DNA of 48,431 bases from Catajapyx aquilonaris (taxonomy: Eukaryota): contig JYFJ02002967.1 of assembly GCA_000934665.2 (NCBI GenBank), positions 1 through 48,431 on the forward strand, written 5' to 3'. The position numbers and the translations under genes are program-made. Shown here one piece after another: positions 42,801 through 48,431 of the stretch. Position 1 is the stretch's first letter. Every line of letters starts with the position of its first letter. The notes below the pieces were generated by a model that had not been told where the DNA came from, searched no databases, and worked only from the letters and a program-made list of their open reading frames with translations.

Positions 42801-45800
42801 TTCTCCTTGAAAGAAGCTTTTATCTGGCAAACTCAATTTTTGGGAGGGATCTGGCCCCGAAGCCTTCAGCCCTCTCGCACTAACTCGGTCTTTCCTTTCC
42901 TTTATGAAATTTCCGAGAGAACTCTGAAGTTTGTTTCTTGAGTTGGAGACAACTCAGTCTTCTTTGCCGAGGCGTGCCGGGAATTCGAAGCCAGTAGAAA
43001 ACCAGTTCTCTTCCGCAGACCATATATATTGGGAAATACGTTTCCAGACTGTGATTTGATGTCGATAAATAAATAATGAATACGACTTTTTTCTGTTCCA
43101 TGCAGTGCCAGGAATATGTCTTACTCTAAGATGCAAGAATAAAATGTAATCATAATGTTAACCTAGTAAAAGTGAAGTGGATCTACCATGTTTTACTTCC
43201 CACTAGTGTAATAAAGCAAAAGTTTCGAAAATTCAAGTTGCATTATCGATTTTTACATTAATTATAAAAGCTACTTAATGCATGGACTGGATTTATAATC
43301 GATCTGTTGCATATTATCTGTTGGAGGTTATAGTGGATCCCTCAGAGTACTACGCACTTTTTCAGAATCCGCAGGTGAACCAGGTGGCAAAAGTTTAAGC
43401 ATGCCGTATACTTATTTTTAGCTGTGTCTAAGCTAGTGTTTTGTGAAATGTGAGTAATATTTAAGTAGTTGGAGTGTGATTTTTTTTCGCTCTGCAGGAC
43501 TCGGCTCCCTGTGCCTATGTTCAGTCGGAACGACTTCAGCCTGTGGTCAGTTCTGAAGCAGTGCATTGGGAAAGAGCTCAGCAAGATCACCATGCCTGTC
43601 ATTTTCAACGAACCAGTCTCCTTTCTCCAGCGTATGACGGAATATATGGAGTACGCTTTCCTCCTGAAGAAGGCAGCCCAACAGAGCGATCCTATAGAAC
43701 GCATCCAGGTCTGTGCCACTTTCACATTACCTGTACCAGAGAGAGACCTTGGCTCTCTTCCTATAATATTGATTTGCAACCGAGCCAGGAGGGAGAGGGG
43801 GAAAAAATGATGGGAGCCCACCTCATTAGCATATTTTTGGGAAAGTAGGCACTTTCTGTTCCCCCGCATGGCTCTCATGCAGAGGCTTACGAGTGCTCAG
43901 GAAGATATGGACTTGTGGCCTAAAATTAGACTGTGGATTTTGCTGCAATTCATTAACCAAGGTGGTGTGAATGAGAATTTATAATCTGCTGCTGCTTACT
44001 TTAGTAATGGGAAAGTTCTCATTCTGTCAGTGATAATTTAAATACGTACATATATTTGCAATTGACAAGGACAGTTTTGTGGAAATTTTTAATACCAAAA
44101 GAACACCACTAGGTGTCACTGTTTCATTAAAACCTTGTTAGGTGAAGCTAGAAGTTATGGTAATAACTGTAGGAAGAAAGGGCAAAAGTTGAAGTTCTGG
44201 TCTTAATTTTGGGCCAATTAAAAAGATCCGAGTTATTTTTCATTACACTAAAGAATGCTACAAAAAGTCAAGCTGAAGTGGTATTAAAGGCATTCTGTGA
44301 GAAGCAGTCGGAACAGCCTGCATTTGCCCCACGTCCTAGCATGCCATTAACATGCCCTCTAATGGGCTGAGAGAGGGGGGGGGGATTAGGACTTGAGTGA
44401 AGTGAGGTGCCTTGATTTGGGAGTTGCAGCTGGGAGTTCTCACTTCAAAAGCAGAAAGAAAGTGCTGCAGTTTTTACTCAGATTCCCATGTTTCTCCGAG
44501 AATTTACAGGATTCTTCTCTTGCCTCAGAGAAATGCATATCATGAATTTTCTGCACTCACTTGTCAGTCTAATACATTCTAGTTACTTTTTGGACTTGTT
44601 GATTCAGGGCCGGTTTCACCGAGCTCTGTACATGATAAAACCAGGTTTCTTTAGGAAAATCCATACAAATATGTAGGGATTTTCCGAAAGAACCCTGGTT
44701 TTATTCATATACCGAGCTCGGTGAAACCGGCCCTCAGTATGTTTTCATTTTCCAGTTAGATTGAGATGTATGGATGTGATTGATATGTCATTACAATATG
44801 TCTACTTGATAAAATACATCTTTTGCATAAATGGTTGTTACTCAAAAACTTCAGTATGCCTCTAATGAGAGCATGTTGATTGTGTATGAATTAATGGCCG
44901 TCTCTGCTCTTCCAGTATGTCACTGCCTTTGCTGTGAGTGCTTTGGCTTCCAATTGGGAAAGACTAGGAAAGCCATTCAACCCACTACTTGGAGAGACTT
45001 ACGAACTTGAGCGGGAGGACTTCAGGTTAGCATTTTGTTGTTGTGTGAATGAACTTTTTCCTTACTCCAAGCTGGCCTGCAATAAATTATCAGTAGGAGA
45101 AGCTGTAACTGGTAAAGTACAATCCTATACAAACAAAGGAAGATGAATGCTGTTCCTCATAAAGTTGGGGAATTTATGTTGTTTTCCTTGCTACCACTTT
45201 TCTAAGGAGTGAATCCAACATGACTTCAACTGGTCCTGTTTCCATCTCAGGATTGTGTGTGAACAAGTGAGTCATCACCCTCCAGTGTCTGCATTCCATG
45301 CTGACAATGAGGATTTCATCTTCCATGGGTCAATCCACCCGAAACTAAAATTCTGGGGCAAGAGTGTGGAGATCCAGCCAAAAGGATCAGTGACAGTCGA
45401 ACTCCCCGCCTGGGGGGAGGCCTACACTTGGACTAATGTAAACTGTTGTGTCCACAACATTATTGTGGGTAAGCTATGGATTGAGCAGTACGGGACATTG
45501 GAACTGGTCAATCACTCTACAGGACATCGATCAGTGCTTACCTTCAAACCTGCTGGGTGGTTCTCTAAGGATCTTCACAGAGTAGAAGGATTCATCACTG
45601 ACAAAAAGTGAGTCTGGTTGGGGCAATTATAAGGTTTTCAAGGATATTGTGATCAAGGAAAAAGAAGTGTGCATCTTTATGATTCTTGGAGTGAATAAAG
45701 TAAATTATTATCATTATGGCAATAACACACTGACATCGGCCAGTCATGGACCCTCGATAGTGGCAAATGGTCTAATGCAGAAAGATTTTGCTGCCTCATG

Positions 45801-47564
45801 AGCAGGATAGGATTTTCCCTGAATTTTCATCAGATATGATAAAACCTGTCTAATGCGGTTATGGACAGTATTTTTTATCTCCATCAGTAAAGAAAAACGT
45901 GGATTGTGAGCCACAACGTATCTCTTAACCAAACCACTTACCACTCTTTGAACTATTTTTTGTGCATTTCAATCGCTTTCCTAACTTGCATTCAATTTGA
46001 ATGCTGCAATATTCGCATTGGGCCAGTAATTTCTAGTTTTGAAGAAAATGTGTTGTGTTGCAGCTGTCCTTGTGCATTGAAATCTTTCAGTGTGTCAAAA
46101 ACTACTAACAAGCTAACAAAAATTATACGGGGATGCAGGGTATCCTCCGGTATCCTCAGTTTTAGCCGTGGTAGAAATTAAAATGCAATCATATTTGTAA
46201 TATTAAAAGCCAAAATACTGCATAGCTGGAATCACCTAAACGCATTTACATGTGAGCAATTTGAGCAGCGATGACAGTGAGTTGTGGTGGTTCTGACATC
46301 ATGATGCAAGGGAAAGCACGTAAGCATTGCACGTGTGTTTACAAGCCGGCAATGTGCATCGCTACCAGAATGCCAACGGCATTGCCCGCGCAAATGTCGA
46401 TGGGAATGTTGCATTGAACGTAAGCAATCCAATGAAACAATTGGGTGCCTACCTGTCACAATATTTCCACCCGAATACACCTTGGTGTGCTGCTGCCTTA
46501 TTGTTCGGCTCGGTTCGGTTCGTTTATGACACCATGTACTTCGCTGTAGTCTACATCAAACAGACCTGAGCGATGTCATCGCTGATGCCCTCCCTTTATA
46601 AACGTGATTGCTACTTTTGGCCCAAATCACTTCTCTCATTAGGATTTATTCGCTCAGCTATGACTTTGCTCAGCTATGACATCGTCGTCAAATCGCTCAC
46701 ATGTAAACACGGCTTAAGGTGATTACGTGTTTGAAGAGCTTCAAGAGATACTTCATGAAATTGCTATGTGGAGGGGAAATATATTCAAGTTGGGATATAA
46801 ACATGTTTTTCTTCTTCTTCTGTGCAGCAAGAAGAAGCTGTTCTTCGTGTATGGAAAGTGGACTGAATTCATCCGATGTACAGACTTCAACTCATTTGAG
46901 GAGTACATGAAGTCTAATCCTAACAAATTTAGGTACAACTTAAGCATGTATGTGGTCATTTTTTTATTTTTATTTTCTTAAGTTGACAGCCATTGGAGTG
47001 GTAGTGAGCACTTTGGCAGAGTTTTTTAGGAAAATATTTTGTTCAATTAGACCAGTTTAAAAGATTTTGCTTAATGAGCTTCATGACTGTGGAGTGACTG
47101 ATTATAGTGGAGGGTGGGGGAAAGTGTGAAGCTGGCATTATCTTCAATATTGACATTTTCCTAAATGAAATTAGGATTGGCAGTAGATGTATTTCATGTA
47201 ATCAATTTTTATGCCCTTCTGAGATATTTTGTATTTTTATTTTCATTTTTGTTCTCTCCTGATTGGTTCTATGGTGAACATATCCTTAGAGGTATTCTTA
47301 GCTAATATCATTTAATTTACTACCTCTTTTCACTAATAAGGAGAAAACTCATTCTTTTTAGTGTGCCATCATTTTGACTACTTAGTCCAGCGTGATATTT
47401 CATTGTGCTTTCATGTATTATCCTCTCACAGGAACTCATCAGACTCTGAATCTCGGTCAAAAGGCCCGTCCCCAATGGCCAGTCCTGCCAACACTCCGAA
47501 GAAGGTCTTGGCCAAGCTCAATAGCCTCACAGTCAGTCCCTTCAGGCACTCAACTGACACCGAG
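27844..47564 (+). CDS. OSBPL1A: Oxysterol-binding protein-related protein 1 (ORP1L-type: ankyrin-PH-FFAT-ORD); 3' end lies beyond the window
   Basis: Exons 27844-28108, 28565-28725, 28810-29007, 30825-31115, 31361-31567, 32119-32238, 32319-32444, 32895-32978, 33902-34115, 34323-34533, 43498-43708, 44916-45025, 45251-45607, 46828-46932 and 47432-47564 give 931 codons in frame. Ankyrins ([22 protein letters not shown]), PH ([14 protein letters not shown]), FFAT (SDDEFYDAF), ORD ([35 protein letters not shown]). Start could be 27844 or 27895. Confidence 0.95.
29271..30527 (-). mobile_element. Full-length (1257 bp) mariner transposon, decayed, in ORP1 intron 3
   Basis: TA|CGAGGTAGGCGCCAAAAGTTTC..GGCTATGTTCCAGGGGTGAT and its mirror ending CCTACCTCG|TA. 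Confidence 0.93.
29337..30359 (-). pseudogene. Mariner transposase pseudogene
   Basis: Starts MVKIEYR then frameshifts. Fragments [37 protein letters not shown] and terminal GDYIEK* lie in different frames. Confidence 0.88.
32530..32790 (+). mobile_element. Older copy of the V-domain-like SINE family at 13328
   Basis: Collinear matches AGTGATTAGCAC, CCTTCCA, GGTCCC, GAGGAT, AGAGTTT.GATGGGTTCTCT, TTTCCTCCC.CAAT.AAAA, TGATTAAA and an (ATT)n tail. Confidence 0.75.
35212..35440. mobile_element. Tc1/mariner-type MITE with about 90-bp TIRs
   Basis: TA-flanked. GACAAACTTGTAGGGGTAATAGAGGGGA is mirrored by TCCCCTCTATTACCCCTACAAGTTTGTC. Confidence 0.85.
36403..36551 (+). CDS. Candidate alternative first coding exon of a short ORP1 isoform (Gly/Ala-rich leader)
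   Basis: TATAAAA at 36363, ATG at 36403, open [25 protein letters not shown]...IHALIGA-AG|GTGATT. Phase 2 matches the acceptor at 43497. Confidence 0.45.
38658..38719. repeat. 62-bp hairpin (30-bp arms, one mismatch, 2-nt loop)
   Basis: AGGTACAGGCTACCCTTTTAAAAAGAGCAT-AG-ATGCTCTTTTTAAAAAGGTAGCCTGTACCT. Confidence 0.88.
40180..40700 (+). promoter_or_regulatory. Candidate internal promoter with CRE and E-box cluster
   Basis: TGACGTCA at 40189-40196, palindrome GAATCACGTGATTC around 40328-40341, CACGTG at 40503 and 40662. CpG-rich. Confidence 0.5.
41008..41045 (+). CDS. Candidate alternative start exon of a short ORD-only (ORP1S-like) isoform
   Basis: Long pyrimidine tract with acceptor at 40955, AAGATGG start, [20 protein letters not shown]. 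Phase 2 joins 43498 to give ...[16 protein letters not shown]. Confidence 0.62.
44607..44733. mobile_element. Palindromic PIF/Harbinger-type MITE
   Basis: TCA|GGGCCGGTTTCACCGAGCTC ... GAGCTCGGTGAAACCGGCCC|TCA. The whole element folds back. Confidence 0.88.
46240..46714. mobile_element. PIF/Harbinger-type MITE of the same TIR family as 13035-13212
   Basis: TTTACATGTGAGCAATTTGA ... TCAAATCGCTCACATGTAAAC. TAA on both flanks (46237-46239 and 46715-46717). Confidence 0.82.
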
Positions 47565-47763
47565 GTGAGTCACATCATTTGTCCAATTTCTGCATCCCCT
47601 GCAAGTAAGAGTCCTAAGACAAAATAGCACTGCTTATAGCGGTATCAAGTTATTAGCTCTTGGCGGTATTTATGCTTGAAAAACAATATGTGGCCAAAGT
47701 CACCATATCCAGTTGGGTCTGTTTGTGTCATAAAATATATTAATGCAAGTATGGTAGTGACAA

Positions 47764-48431
47764 TCTATAATATTAAAATGCTTGCGTTGCATGTATAAGC
47801 CCTCTGATTGGTCCGCCCCCGCATTGTCGCCGCCACCTCTTCCCATTGGCCCCCTGTCCATTGTTGCTGCGTCGTATCCATGACGCACTGTTACCACGAC
47901 GCCTCCGATTGGCCCCCGTTCCGAGCATGCGCAATGGGTGGGAGAACGCCTCAGTCGCTTGCTGGACGTCAACGCGGACGCATCATTCTCCTCTCCCGTG
48001 AAGACCCCTCCACCCTGCCACCATCCTCCGCCCGCACGTCTTCACAGTGACCTCACATCAGGGGAGGGGGAGAGGAAGGAGGAATGGAACGTGCCGTAAA
48101 CAAACCAAATCGAATGTTGGCCAAGGGCGAGATGTTGATTATTATCAGTGGTGCCAATAACTACATGGACGTTTATGAACAAAGTAAAGTAAATTTCGGT
48201 TTTTGGCCACTTCCCCTTGCGGCGAGAAAAAAAGCAGTGGTACCAAAAGCACCCAACAGGTGGAGTTGGGATGCCGTTCCTTTTTCCCCCTTCCCCCAAC
48301 GCCACCTCTTGGATGCTTTCGGTAACACTTGCAGACTTGCTTTAACTTTTCTCGACGCACGTGGATATTGAGTAATACGGTCCTCTCACATCTGACGGCA
48401 GTCTACTGGCATCCCCAGTGGGAAGAGTTGG
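47764..48431 (+). mobile_element. Possible Helitron-like or other CpG-rich insertion, truncated by the window edge
   Basis: Starts A|TCTATAATATTAAAA, similar to Helitron 5' ends, with an abrupt switch to CpG-rich DNA and three ATTGG boxes. 3' end not seen. Confidence 0.3.

Overview
Eukaryotic, intron-containing genomic DNA, probably arthropod (inferred from gene structure and transposon content). Five protein-coding genes can be spliced by hand with consistent reading frames: the last two exons of a LAMP-family lysosomal membrane protein (+), GHITM (+), TBC1D25 (-), a mixed-lineage kinase of the slipper/MAP3K9-11 type (+), and an ORP1/OSBPL1A-type oxysterol-binding protein (+) that runs off the right edge. 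Introns and spacers hold a decayed full-length mariner, Tc1/mariner, pogo, PIF/Harbinger, P-like and Sola-like MITEs, tRNA-derived SINEs and several near-perfect hairpins. The most notable feature is a 9-kb GC-AG intron in the ORP1 gene. It retains CpG, has CRE and E-box clusters, and contains several ATG-bearing phase-2 candidate first exons that would produce lipid-binding-domain-only isoforms. No prokaryotic, CRISPR or clearly novel enzymatic system was found. All family calls come from motif recognition, not database searches.
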